A DNA stretch of 64,000 bases from an uncultured Verrucomicrobiae bacterium (GCA_963726745.1 CAVSDR010000006.1:736001-800000), one strand, 5' to 3'. Positions 9,900 to 20,796 are shown, counted from the stretch's first letter. Translations and numbers: made by a program. Notes: generated from the sequence alone by a model not told the origin.

Positions 9900-10235
9900 T
9901 CAGGCGCGATGACGCCCAATCAGCGGCCGTTTACATCCGATCAGGGGCGATTTACGGCGGCTCAGGGACGGCTGACATCCGAGCAGGGCGCGATTACTTT
10001 CGCTCGGGGGCGGGTGACGTGGAATCAGGGGCGATGCGCAGGCGCGCAGCGGCGGGGCGCGGAGAATCGGGGGCGGTTGACGCTGGCTCTGGGGCGATTT
10101 GCGGGCGAGCGGCGGCGGATGACGGGGATCAAGGCCGGGTGGCGGCGGAGCGGCGACGAAGGACGCGCGCTCGGCGGCGGGGCGCGGGCGCTCGGCGGCC
10201 GGTGACGGTGGAGCAGCGGCGGATCGCGGCGGCGG
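9900..10235. repeat. Degenerate 21-bp tandem repeat (~16 units)
   Basis: Units such as CAGCGGCCGTTTACATCCGAT, CAGGGGCGATTTACGGCGGCT, CAGGGACGGCTGACATCCGAG, CGGGGGCGGGTGACGTGGAAT. Confidence 0.7.
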
Positions 10236-10250
10236 GCGGGCGGCCGGCGG

Positions 10251-11799
10251 TCAGTGCGCGGTTTCGGCTTTTTCTGCGCCCAGGCCGGTGTTCGCGCGGA
10301 CGGTGAGCTCGGCGAATTTCGCTTCGGCCGAAGGCTCGCGGGTGAGGATGGTCCCGAGCCAGGCGCCGAGGAAACCGAGCGGGATGCTGACGATGCCGGG
10401 GTTCTTGAGCGGGAAGAGCGGGTGCGTCTGGAAATCGGGGCTGAGGAGGATGAGGACGATGCTGGAGACGAGGCCCACGGCGAGACCGGCGACGGCGCCG
10501 GTGGTGTTGAAGCGCTTCCAGAAGATCGAGAAAATGATCACCGGCAAGTTGGCGCTCGCGGCCACGGCAAAGGCGAGGCCGACGAGGAAGGCGACGTTCA
10601 CTTTCGGCCCGAGGAGGATGGCGATGACGATCGGCGAGCGCGCCGACGACGAAGGCGGTGATGCGGGCGACGCGCACTTCCGCGCCGGGGCGGTGTTCCT
10701 TCCCGTGATGGAGCACGTTGGTAAAGAAGTCGTGCGCAAAGCTGGTGCTGGCGCTGATGGTGAGACCGGCCACGACCGCGAGGATGGTGGCAAAAGCGAC
10801 CGCGCTGATGAAGGCGAAGAAGACTTCGCCGCCGAGCATCCGCGCGAGCTCAGGCGCGGCCATGTTCGTGCCGCCATGGAGCTTCATGTGGTCCGGCCCG
10901 AGGAGGGTGGCCGCGCCGAAGCCGAAGAAGGTGGTCATGATGTAGAACAAGCCGATCAGGACCATCGCCCAGACGACACTGGTGCGGGCGGTCTTGGCAT
11001 CGGGCACGGTGTAGAAGCGGATGAGGATATGCGGCAAGCCGGCGGTGCCGAAGACGAGGGCCAGGCCTAACGAGATCTGGTCGAGCGGATTCTTGAAGAG
11101 CAGGCCGGGGGTGAGGAAATTGCGCGTCACCGGGAGGCCATCGGCGCCGGTGCAGGTGACGGCGCTCACCGCCTGGAAGAAGCTCGTTAGGCTAAAGTTG
11201 AACCGGCTCATCACGAGCACGCTCAGGAAAAGGCTGCCGCTCATGAGCAGGACCGCCTTGACGATTTGCACCCAGGTGGTCGCGAGCATCCCGCCGAAAA
11301 CCACGTAGACGACCATGAGCACGCCCACGCCGATGACCGCGACCTCGTAGCTCACCCCGGGGATAAGCTGCCTAACGAGAGTGCCGGCGCCGACCATCTG
11401 CGCGATCATGTAAAAGATCGAGACCGTGAGCGTGGAGAGCGCGGCCATGGCGCGCACCGGCCGCTCTTTCAGCCGATAGGCGAGCACGTCGGCCATGGTG
11501 TATTTGCCGGCGTTGCGCAGCGGCTCGGCCACGATGATGAGCACCGTGAGGTAGGCCACGAGGAAGCCGACGGAATACATGAAGCCGTCGTAGCCGTTGA
11601 GCGCGATCATTCCGGCGATGCCGAGAAAGCTGGCCGCGCTCATGTAATCGCCCGCGATCGCGAGGCCGTTTTGCCAGCCGGTAATCCGGCGGCCGGCGGC
11701 GAAGTAAGCGCTCGTCCCCTGGCTGCGGCGGGCGCTGAAGTAAGTGATGACCAGCGTGGCCGCGACGAAGGCCAGGAACATGAGCAGGGCGACGTTCAT
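10251..11799 (-). CDS. actP: Cation/acetate symporter (SSS family), frameshift ~10640
   Basis: [40 protein letters not shown]-terminus (AVAASANLP...NPGIVSIP) in a second frame. Confidence 0.9.
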
Positions 11800-11815
11800 A
11801 GAAGTGGTCGGCTAA

Positions 11816-12160
11816 TTACCGGCGGAAGCGCGCGAGCACGTCGGCGGCCTTGCGATCCCAGCCAGTGGCGACCATCACGTAGATCGCCGCCAGCACCCAG
11901 GCCATGAGGAATTGCGAAAGCGCAAAGGCGTAGGCCAGGTTCATCTCGCCCCAGACTTTTCGCTGCATGAAAGCGGTGTGGTAGCCGACGAGATAGGGCA
12001 GCGCGAAGTAGTAAACGAGGAAGAAGACCGTCGCCGGGACGATGAAACGCGCCTTCGCTTTAATCAGCGCCTTGAACTCCGGCGAGTCCGCGATTTTTTG
12101 CCAGTCGGCCTGGGCGCGCTGGTCCTGCGCGGAGCGTTCGTCGGCAGGTTCCATGGGCAT
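11816..12160 (-). CDS. DUF485 (YjcH-like) membrane protein
   Basis: Two TM segments, SPEFKALIK motif, directly upstream of actP. Confidence 0.85.
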   Translation of the reverse strand: MPMEPADERSAQDQRAQADWQKIADSPEFKALIKAKARFIVPATVFFLVYYFALPYLVGYHTAFMQRKVWGEMNLAYAFALSQFLMAWVLAAIYVMVATGWDRKAADVLARFRR

Positions 12161-12203
12161 CGCGCCTGCATCTAAAGCGGGCCGCTGCGCACGGAAGCAA
12201 TCT

Positions 12204-12545
12204 CTATTTCCCGCAGACGTGCGTGGAGCGGTAGAGCCGTGCGTCCTTCGGATCGGCCGGGTTGACGCAGACCTTGTAGGTCCACTCCGGATGATACCAG
12301 GTCACCTTCTCGAGCGTTTGCGTGAAAGTCTGGCTGCCAGCCATGTAGGCATACGTGAGCGTGTGGCCTTCCACCCGTTTGTCGTCTTCCTCCCAATGGA
12401 CGGGCAAGGCCGCAAAGCCGAGCGCTTCGGTCTCCTGCGAGAGGCGCTTGCTCACGCGCGCCTCGTCCCACAGGACGAAGGCAATGATGGCCGCAGTCAC
12501 TCCACCGACGATGAGGATGGTCCAAATCCAGGTCTTCTTTTCCAT
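12204..12545 (-). CDS. Hypothetical membrane-anchored protein
   Basis: MEKKTWIWTILIVGG N-terminal TM; C-terminal VCVNPADPKDARL. Confidence 0.65.
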   Translation of the reverse strand: MEKKTWIWTILIVGGVTAAIIAFVLWDEARVSKRLSQETEALGFAALPVHWEEDDKRVEGHTLTYAYMAGSQTFTQTLEKVTWYHPEWTYKVCVNPADPKDARLYRSTHVCGK

Positions 12546-12634
12546 AAACGCGGGCCAATAAAGCGAGCCGCAGCGCACCGTGCGACTGCGAATTTTAGGC
12601 AGCAACTTCACCCGCCCCGTGTATCTAGCGGGGG

Positions 12635-14170
12635 ATGCGCACGCGCTGGCTTACTTTCTTGTTGCTGGCGCTCATCCTGGCCGCGCCCTCGGTTTACTTC
12701 CTCGCGAAAGTGCCGCCGCTTTGGCGCGATCTCGATGGCTACCACCAGGTGACGCTCGGGCCGGGGAGAGCCGCCGGGAACGGCCATGGCCTGCTTTACA
12801 GCCTGCTCGCCCGACCACCGCTCTGGGCCGGCTATACCCTCGAACGGCTGCGAGGGATAACGCCCGCCGCGAAGGGGAATTTTTACCTCGAGCCGCAGCT
12901 GACCGACAGCGGAGTCTTCGCGCTCGTGCTAAGCCAACATCTCGGGCTCTGTGCCGGAGCGCTCGCCCTGGTGCTTAGTGCCAGTCGTGTCCCCTGGGTG
13001 CAGGGCGCGCTGGCCTTTTTCTTCGCCAGCAATCCGTCGTTCTATGCGCTGGCGCACTCGGTCGGCTCGGAAAGTCTAAGTCTTCTCGGCACGTTGGCGC
13101 TGGTGGTCGCCGGGGTGCGATTGCTGCGCGGGCCCACGCGGCGCCGCTGGATTTGGTTCGCCGGCGCGCTTTTCGTCTGCATCGCGACGCGCCACGCCAA
13201 TCTCCTGCTCCTGTTGGCGCTGCCGCTGACATTTGCGCTGGTCGCGCTCGAGGGTCGCACGCGCCGGTCGTTGCTTCATGCCGGGATCGCGCTCGGCCTC
13301 GGCTTGCTGGCACTGCTCGCGGGACGCGCCGCCACGCTCGCGCTCACGCGAGCCGAGGGGGTGAAGTTTTACTCCAAGGCCGGGTTCACTTTTCTCTGGC
13401 GGCTCCCGTTTCTCCAGGAGGTGCCAGAGCCGCGCCGGAGCGCACTTCTCGCGGAGGTGAAGGCGCGTGCGCGCACGCCGGACGCGCGGGCGATTGTGGA
13501 CCTCCTCGCGCAGAGGCTGGCGCGCGGAGAACCTCTGGGCCCGGACGCGGTCAACCCCGCCATTCGCCAGGCGCTCCCGGCGAAACCCGGCGAGTCGATT
13601 GTGCGCACGCGCGCGGCGCATGCGGCGCTTAACGAAACGGTGCGCGCCTTCCTCTTGCCGCCGGTGCCAGAACATTGGGCGGCGGCGCACCGCGATTTCA
13701 TCCGCAGCCGAGATGTGACGCCCGCATCCCTGGTGGACGCGCTTTTTCTTTCCACGACCTACTATTTCGACCACCGCGAGATCATGCCGCAGGCCGCCGG
13801 TCTCACCACCTTCCGGCAATACACCGCGCCGGCGCTGATGGCTCTGCCGGAGCGGAATGCCTACCTCCATGCCTGGTCACGGGCCACCGTGCCGCGCGCG
13901 CTGCTTGTCTGGCTGGCGCTTGGTCTTGGATCCCTCCTCCTGGGCGCGCGCCTTCGCGGCGATTTTTTTCCGCTCTGGAGCTATAGCGCGGTGCTTGTAG
14001 GGCTGGGCTTGCTGATGATGCAGCTGACCGCAATGATCGGCGCGCTCATCCCGCGCTACACTTTTCCGCTCTGGGAGCTGCTCTGGTTTGGCAGCATTCT
14101 CTTCGCCGGCGCCATCGGCGATACGCTCAGCCATGGGGAAAAAGTCCGCCGGGCGGCGGAGCCTGGTTAA
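12635..14170 (+). CDS. Polytopic membrane protein (possibly GT-C glycosyltransferase-like)
   Basis: 511-aa ORF with many TM helices and a central soluble loop. Confidence 0.7.
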   Translation: MRTRWLTFLLLALILAAPSVYFLAKVPPLWRDLDGYHQVTLGPGRAAGNGHGLLYSLLARPPLWAGYTLERLRGITPAAKGNFYLEPQLTDSGVFALVLSQHLGLCAGALALVLSASRVPWVQGALAFFFASNPSFYALAHSVGSESLSLLGTLALVVAGVRLLRGPTRRRWIWFAGALFVCIATRHANLLLLLALPLTFALVALEGRTRRSLLHAGIALGLGLLALLAGRAATLALTRAEGVKFYSKAGFTFLWRLPFLQEVPEPRRSALLAEVKARARTPDARAIVDLLAQRLARGEPLGPDAVNPAIRQALPAKPGESIVRTRAAHAALNETVRAFLLPPVPEHWAAAHRDFIRSRDVTPASLVDALFLSTTYYFDHREIMPQAAGLTTFRQYTAPALMALPERNAYLHAWSRATVPRALLVWLALGLGSLLLGARLRGDFFPLWSYSAVLVGLGLLMMQLTAMIGALIPRYTFPLWELLWFGSILFAGAIGDTLSHGEKVRRAAEPG

Positions 14171-14215
14171 GTTGCCCGGCGGACCTCTCCCCTTTCGCTG
14201 GGAAAATTTCGGCCG

Positions 14216-15366
14216 CTACGTGATCACGTAGTTGAGGCTGATCCATTGCCGCCCAGGGTTCCGGCTTGGGCCGCCGCAAGGCATGATCTCATTCGCGCGC
14301 ACTTGCAGGACGTCGACTGTTTCCGCGTCGTCTTCGGTGTCATCGCCGATCGAGCGCGTGGGCGGCACCGGCGGGACGGGCGCGACCGGCGGCACGGGCG
14401 CGATCGCGGGCAGGTCCTTTTGCTCGAGCTTTTCGTAACGCCCGCGCACTTCCGGCGGGAGCTTGGCGCGGTCTTCCTCGGTGTCGACCGGTCCGCTGAA
14501 GAGCAGACGGCCCTGCGGGTCTTTGGCCGTGAGCACTTTTTTGTCGCCCACCATCTCGAGGTTCAATTCTCCCTGCGCGTCGCTGTAGGCGATCTTCGCC
14601 TTGCCGAGATCGATCCGCGTGGTCTTGAGCGCGCCGTTATCGTTCGAAGTAATGATGCGCACTCCGCGGGCCGCGGCCCGGGCGTCGCGGGCGATCTGGC
14701 GGGCTTCGGTGCGGGCCCGGCGCGCTTCTTCCCGCGCCTGGCGCACGGTCTGGTCGATCATCCCGAAATTCATCTCCTTCATCTGGTCGCCTAACGACTC
14801 CAATTCCTGCTCCATCCCGGTCTCGAACTGGTAGCCGAAGTGGTTCCCGGGCCCGCGAAAGTTCGGGCCGCGCCGCGACCGCACCTCGCGTTTGCCGAGC
14901 TTCGCGCTCAATTTCGTCTCCGCGCCTTTGCGCAGGACGGTGAGCGTGACCGTGGCGCCTTCGCTTTGGCTACGGACTAACTTCGAGAGCTGGTTGGGCT
15001 CGGTCAGGACCTGGTCGTTGAACATCTTCAGGATGTCGTTTTGCTGGAGGCCGGCAGCGGCCGCGGGCCCATCCGGGACGACATACTCGACCACCAGGCC
15101 GAAACCTTTCGCGAGCCCGAGCTGATCCGCGACCACGCCGGGGACTTCCGAGGTTTCCACCCCGAGAAAAGTAACCGGCACTTTGGCGCGGCGATCGTCG
15201 CTCTCGTCGTCGTCCTTGTCTTTGTCTTTATCCTTGGTGCGCTCGTTAGGCACGGGCGCGACTTGCGGCGCGGCGCGGGCGCGGGTGGCGGCGGCGGGTT
15301 TTGGGCGGAGGCGGCCAGCGGCAGAAGGCTGGCGGCGGTGAGGAGAGCGAGGCAGGTGGCTTTCAT
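14216..15366 (-). CDS. Secreted PDZ-domain protein (frameshift ~15260)
   Basis: Signal peptide MKATCLALLTAASLLPLAASA; PDZ signature FLGV...GLVVEYVVPDGPAAAAGLQQNDIL. Confidence 0.8.
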
Positions 15367-15391
15367 GATCGTGGGGTTTTCGGGTTGAGAT

Positions 15392-15877
15392 TTACTGGCC
15401 GGAAATGGGGATGAACTCGACCTCATCGGTCGGGTAGGAAACCCGGAGCGATGCGCCCGTGCTCGGGTTGCGCCAATGCAGTGTTTCCTCGGCGCGGGAA
15501 TGCATCCGGCGCACCGGCCGGGTGGCATTGGCCGGGTAGACCAGGCCTTCATTGCGCTGGTTGTAGAGCACGCGGGTAAGCCCGTCGGAGACGTAGCCGG
15601 GCGCGGTCGCCGGGGCGGGTGCGGCCGCCACGCGCGCCGGCTGGCTCGCCGGCCGCGAGGCCCGCTCGTGGCGCGCGAGCAGGAGGAGCGCAGCCGCGGC
15701 AGCGAGGCTGGAACCGAGGGCGAGCCACTGGAAGCGCGGCGCCTTTGGCTGCGGCAACACGGCGGCGGTGGGACGCGACTCGGCGAGCGCGCGTGCCACC
15801 CGGCTTACGAGAGCGGCGTCCGGCGTCGCGGGGCGCAGTTGCTTCAATTCAGCTTCGAGTTCGGAGAAATCATTCAT
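15392..15877 (-). CDS. Putative anti-sigma factor (single TM)
   Basis: ELEAELKQLRP N-terminus plus one TM; overlaps the ECF sigma stop. Confidence 0.7.
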   Translation of the reverse strand: MNDFSELEAELKQLRPATPDAALVSRVARALAESRPTAAVLPQPKAPRFQWLALGSSLAAAAALLLLARHERASRPASQPARVAAAPAPATAPGYVSDGLTRVLYNQRNEGLVYPANATRPVRRMHSRAEETLHWRNPSTGASLRVSYPTDEVEFIPISGQ

Positions 15878-16364
15878 GGGAAGTGAAGTGCTTTTTCAAG
15901 GCCGCAAGCGCATAGCGATAACGCGAGGCCGCGGTGTTTTGGGAAATGCTGAGCACCTGCGCGATCTCGGCAAAAGTGAGTTCGTTCCAGATCTTCATCA
16001 CCAGGACTTCGCGCTGTTCCGCCGGCAGGCGCTCGATCGCAGCCGCGAGCTCGATTTGCGCGTCATCTTGCAGGCTAAATTCTGGCACCGCGACCTGGGC
16101 CCCCTCGGCTACGACAGTGGCTTCGCGGCGCGCCCGGCGGCTGTCGCGGCGGAGCGCATCGAGCGCGATCGAGCGCACGGTGGCGAAGAGCAGCCCGCGG
16201 TTCTCCAGCGAATGCTGCTTGCGCCAGAAACGCACAAACGCTTCCTGCACGATGTCCTCGGCGTCGGCCGCAGTGCGCACGAACTGCCGCGCAAAAAGGA
16301 CCAGCCCCGGCGCCTGCGCGGCAAAGCCCGCCTTCCAGTCCTCCTGCGTGCCCGAACGCTCCAT
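15870..16364 (-). CDS. ECF RNA polymerase sigma factor
   Basis: DAEDIVQEAFVRFW (region 2); LPAEQREVLVMKIWNELTFAEIAQVL...TAASRYRYA (region 4); GAGG upstream of ATG 16364. Confidence 0.92.
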   Translation of the reverse strand: MERSGTQEDWKAGFAAQAPGLVLFARQFVRTAADAEDIVQEAFVRFWRKQHSLENRGLLFATVRSIALDALRRDSRRARREATVVAEGAQVAVPEFSLQDDAQIELAAAIERLPAEQREVLVMKIWNELTFAEIAQVLSISQNTAASRYRYALAALKKHFTSHE

Positions 16365-16391
16365 CACTTCCTCATCGTCTCTGTTCTGGGA

Positions 16392-16415
16392 ACGCCGCCA
16401 ATCGCCGAATTTGTC
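16392..16415 (-). promoter_or_regulatory. Putative ECF promoter GACAAA-N15-CGT
   Basis: Same motif and spacing recur at 16508-16531 and 17476-17499. Confidence 0.6.
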
Positions 16416-16507
16416 TGCAGTGCGCGCGGCCTCGCGGCTCGCGGGGACGAAAGGGGAAAACATGATCGATGGGGAGAGGGTCACGGATTGAATGCTTTAA
16501 TAAGGAG

Positions 16508-16531
16508 ACGCCGCCCGCGGGCTTTTTTGTC
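16508..16531 (-). promoter_or_regulatory. Putative ECF promoter GACAAA-N15-CGT
   Basis: GACAAA AAAGCCCGCGGGCGG CGTCTC on the - strand. Confidence 0.55.
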
Positions 16532-17466
16532 TACCAGACCCGGGTCTTCGCGTCCGTCGCGGACGGACTACCGGGCGTCTCCACGGCGCGCACGAAACGG
16601 ACGCGGCTGTTCTTCAGGTCGAAGGTGACCGCAAAATCCTGCAGCGCTTTGGCGCCGATATTAACCACGTCGCCGAGCGCAGGATGCGTCACTAACGGCT
16701 CGCGGAATTCGTGCCGCCCCAGCCGGAATGTCTCCTGCACGCGCAGCTGTTTGATCTCGATGTCGCCGCTCAGGCTGCGCGCGCGGCCGACCACCGCGGG
16801 CTCCGAAAGAGGCTTCAGCTGCTCCGCCATGGACGTCGGGAGAACGAACGGTCCGATGACGTTGCCGCTGTCGAGATGCGCAGGCGTCTCTGTCCCGCCC
16901 ACTGCCAAGGGCACTGTGAAGATGCCACCGTCGAGCTGCGCGGCGATGATCTCTTTCCCATCGGCCGGGGGAAGCTCGCCCCGCGTGAGACGCAGTGCCT
17001 TTCCCGGAAAATCGAGCGTGACCAGGTAGCCGGCGAAAAGGTCAAGGCCCACGAGGCCATCGAGTTCGCTGAGGCGCGGCATGGCTTTCAGGTTGCGCGC
17101 CCCGGCGGTCACGTCGGCGAAACGCTGGCCGGCGATTTCCAGCGTCTCGAGCTTCACCAACTGAATCTTTTGCGGGCCGCGCCGGCCACCATCGGTCGCG
17201 AGTGCCTCACCAGCGGGAGCAATTCCGAGCTTCGCCGCGACCGACGAATCGATCCGCGCCTGCCCCTGCGCGCCGGTGTCGATCCCAAACAGGAACGGCC
17301 CTTGCCCGTTCAGTTTCACCTCCACAGCCGGTATCGAGTGAATGAACTGGAGTGGAACTTCCTGGGGGCTTTCGGCACCGGCCAGCAAGGCAGGCGTGGC
17401 GAAGAGAACGGCGGCAACAGCGCCGAGAGAGCAGGGAGCGAAGGGGGTTTTGGGAAGACGCAGCAT
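16531..17466 (-). CDS. Secreted two-domain retropepsin-like aspartyl protease
   Basis: FGIDTGA and AHLDSG catalytic motifs; DGLVGLD. Confidence 0.85.
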   Translation of the reverse strand: MLRLPKTPFAPCSLGAVAAVLFATPALLAGAESPQEVPLQFIHSIPAVEVKLNGQGPFLFGIDTGAQGQARIDSSVAAKLGIAPAGEALATDGGRRGPQKIQLVKLETLEIAGQRFADVTAGARNLKAMPRLSELDGLVGLDLFAGYLVTLDFPGKALRLTRGELPPADGKEIIAAQLDGGIFTVPLAVGGTETPAHLDSGNVIGPFVLPTSMAEQLKPLSEPAVVGRARSLSGDIEIKQLRVQETFRLGRHEFREPLVTHPALGDVVNIGAKALQDFAVTFDLKNSRVRFVRAVETPGSPSATDAKTRVW

Positions 17467-17475
17467 AACTACAAA

Positions 17476-17499
17476 ACGTCGCGGCCGGCCTTTTTTGTC
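17476..17499 (-). promoter_or_regulatory. Putative ECF promoter GACAAA-N15-CGT (near-leaderless)
   Basis: Motif ends 9 nt before the protease ATG. Confidence 0.55.
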
Positions 17500-17642
17500 C
17501 GAACCGCGCGGCGCCTGACGGATATTGCCGGCAAGTTCATCCTCCGAGGAGACCGGGCGAATCTCCGGGGCTGACAGCGCGCAGGCTGGCCTCTACGTTC
17601 CAGAAAAGCCGCCGCTAGGCGGCCAATTTTCCCAACGGATTC

Positions 17643-18542
17643 ATGAAGACGACTGCCTGCTGCCTCTTGCTTTCCCTGGCGCTCCTTCCCGGCGGCGCGC
17701 AGGCGCAAGCACCGGAAAACGATCCCTACGCGGCCGCGCGCGCGATCGCCGAGACGGAAGCGAAGTTCTACGAGATGGGCCAGGCCGAGGGAACGCGGGC
17801 CGCCTTTCTCGCCTATCTCGCGCCGGAAGCGATCGTCTTCAGCCCGGGTCCGGTAAGCGCGCGCTCGGTCTGGGAGAAGCGGCCGGCCGCGGGTCTGTCG
17901 CTCAAATGGAAGCCGGCCTTCATCGGGGTGGCGCAAAGCGGCGATCTCGCCTTCAGCACCGGCCCGGCGGAATGGCGCAAGGCGAAGGAGGACGAGAAGC
18001 CCTTCGGCTACGGACAATTTGTGACCATCTGGAAGAAGCAGGCCGACGGTGCCTGGAAGGTGGCGCTGGATGTCGGCATCGAAGTTCCCGGAGCAACCCG
18101 GGAAGAGCCCGCAGAGACGGTCTTCTCCGTCGGCGAACCGTTTGCCCCCGGCGTTTCCACGGAGAAAAAAGCGGTCGCGCGCATGCTCCGGAACGCCGAG
18201 GCGAAGTCGGCTAACGTGGCCCGCACTGATTCCACCGCCTCGGTCATCGGCTCGGCCAACGACGACGTCATCGTCCTGCGCGAGGGGGTTTTCCCTGCCG
18301 CCGGGAAGGCCGCGGCCACGCTCATGCTCAGCGTCGGGCGCGGCGCCTTGACCCGCGAGAAATTAGGCGGCGGGATGAGCGCCGCGGGCGACCTGGTCTA
18401 CAGCTACGGGAGTTACACTCTGAAGCACCCGGAGAAAACCGAGCGCGGGAATTACCTCCAGGTCTGGCGCGCGGAGAGCGACGGCACCTTCAAGCTCGCG
18501 CTCGATTACCAGTCGCCGCTCCCGGCCGAGGAAAAGAAATAG
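17643..18542 (+). CDS. Secreted NTF2-like/DUF4440 tandem-domain protein
   Basis: Signal peptide; SGDLAFSTG...GQFVTIWKKQADGAWKVALD and a second repeat GDLVYSYG...YLQVWR. Confidence 0.8.
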   Translation: MKTTACCLLLSLALLPGGAQAQAPENDPYAAARAIAETEAKFYEMGQAEGTRAAFLAYLAPEAIVFSPGPVSARSVWEKRPAAGLSLKWKPAFIGVAQSGDLAFSTGPAEWRKAKEDEKPFGYGQFVTIWKKQADGAWKVALDVGIEVPGATREEPAETVFSVGEPFAPGVSTEKKAVARMLRNAEAKSANVARTDSTASVIGSANDDVIVLREGVFPAAGKAAATLMLSVGRGALTREKLGGGMSAAGDLVYSYGSYTLKHPEKTERGNYLQVWRAESDGTFKLALDYQSPLPAEEKK

Positions 18543-18553
18543 CGGCGAGCAAT

Positions 18554-20796
18554 TTAGCGCGGCGGCGGCGGTGGCGAAGGGCGGAAGGTGATCGTGGTCG
18601 ATTGCTGCTGCACATTCGGCGTCGCGCTGCCGGTGGTGGCGTCGTAGATCGAGCGGTTCAAATAGATCAGCGCGTCCCGCTGTTCGACGGATCGAAGGAG
18701 GGATCGCCCGCAGGCACCGCGATGTCGAAGGCCGTATCGCCGGTCGTGGTCAGGTCGAGATCGTGATCGATGAACTGTCCCCAGCCATAAATCCAATCGG
18801 AGAGAAAGCGCGCGTTCCCGGAGCCCGCGGTCTGATCGCAGAGCGCGTTGCTGATGAGTCGCGCGCTTGGGCGCGCGCTTCCGGCGGGCGTGGAGATGGA
18901 GTCCTCGTAGGCGGCCGGGGCGAAGCGGAGCAGACCGATCCCGGCCGCGCCCCACGTAGCGTGCCCGGGATTGTTCCCGGTTCCATCGAGCGGCGCAGGC
19001 GCGGAACGAGGGACCGGCGCATTGACCAGCGCAGGCGGCAGAAAGCCGGGCTTCGCCTGCAGGGTCGCGAGCGTGGTCGGTTGGAAGAAGAAGACGTTAT
19101 CCTGCAACTTGGTGAGCGCGGTGTTCCGGCGAATGATGTCAGAGAGACGCGTTTGCTCGAGGGCTTGCAACTGCGGGCCGGAGAACAACCTGCGCATACC
19201 AGAAGCGATCGCCATCGCGGAGTGCGTTCGAATTGATCTGCAATGATGCGTTGGAATGTCGGACCGACGCTTGACCCAGGAGCATGATCTTCCGCCAGGC
19301 CAGCCGACCCAGAGGTCGAGCGCGTCGATGCGCCGTAAACCGAGAGCAATTTGCCTGCAGGCCGACATCGCTCGTGATCTGCGAGAAGTTCGGAGGCGCG
19401 ACAATCCGTAGGCGACGCGTGTGGCGTTGTAATCCGAGAGGCCGTGATCGCGGCCGCGCTGAAGGTTGAGCGAAGCAAGGTCGAGACCGCCGGCCCCGGG
19501 AGGGCCGAAGAGGAAATCTCGCAGCCCGGACACGAGCTGCGTGTCGACTTCGCGAGCATTATCGCTCGCGAGATATTTTAAGAGCGGGTCGGGCCCGGTG
19601 GCCTTGAGGACGGCGGGATTGAAGAAGACTTGAGCGAGCGAGAGCGCCGGGCTGAATCTCGCTGCCGTCATTATCGAGGAACTCGACGTCGTCATTGACC
19701 AGGGTGTGGCCGATGCGATAAGCCGCGGTGGAGAATTCCGTCGCGATGCCGGGATTGACGTCGGGATTGTAGCCGGCGTAAGGCCGGAGAGCGTTCGGAC
19801 CGAGGAGCGCGGGCAGAAATTCGCGATAAGTGATGACCTGCAATTCACCCACGACGAGGCGCCGCGCGGCCTGGAAGATCTGCTCATCGTTCAGCAGCGG
19901 ATTGGCGGCCTTGATCGCGCGCGCAAGCAGATTGTGCTCCGCAGGAAGAGCGTCTGGATAGCCGACAACTCGACGTTTTCATTCGCGCGGACATCGCCCG
20001 CGATGAAGAGCTGATCGTCGGGGAAGATATGCGCGTCATTCGCGTTGGGCAGCCCGAGCGTGTTCAGCGGTGGCAAATTGCCCGCGCTCGTGCGGAGCAG
20101 GCCGTTTTGGAAAGAACGCAGCGCGGCCGCGCGCGACGCATCCGAGCCGTAAATCACCGAGCCGTCCAGGTAGCCGGAAATTTGGGTCGTCTGCTGCCGC
20201 GGATTCGGAGTGCGACGCGCGCAGCGCAAAGGTGTTCGCCCGGGGACGCAGCGTGACCGGCAGGGAGAAATTTCCGTCGCGATCGAGCGGCACGTTGCGT
20301 GCCATTAATGGAGAACGAAACCAACGGCAGCGCGTAGCTGTCGTTGTCACCTTGCCCGCGCAGGAGCAGACCCGGCGAGCCGACGGTCGCGCCATTCGGG
20401 AGATTGAGACTAACGAATGAAAGCGCGCCGCCCGATGGAGGTGGCGGCGGCGGGGCCGCGTCCCGCCGAGGCGCGGACCGGCTGGCTGTCCGCCGGGGCC
20501 GCGGAGTTGCCGCTCCGCGACCCAGCCTTCCGGGCCGTTATCGAAGCGCACTTTCCACCACCACAGATCGCTCGCGCGCACCGGCCCGTCGCTGATCGCG
20601 CCGGGCGCGAAGGCTGGTTGATTCGAGGCCACGCTTCCTGCCAGCGGCGGCGCGGCCCAGAGCGGCGTCGCTCCGACGTCTGCACCGATCGCCGATTTGG
20701 AAGGGCGCCGAATTCGCTCGCCGGCCGCTCGGAGCGGCCCGGACCAGTAATGATGAGACTCGCGAGGACGACAAGGAAGCGGCTGGATTGGCGCAT
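18554..20796 (-). CDS. Animal-type heme peroxidase with N-terminal SH3-like/Ig-like domains (several frameshifts)
   Basis: GYLDGSVIYGSD, AGDVRANEN, QVITYREFLP, EFSTAAYRIGH, DLASLNLQRGRDHG, RLSDIIRRNT, GQFIDHD. Confidence 0.85.
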
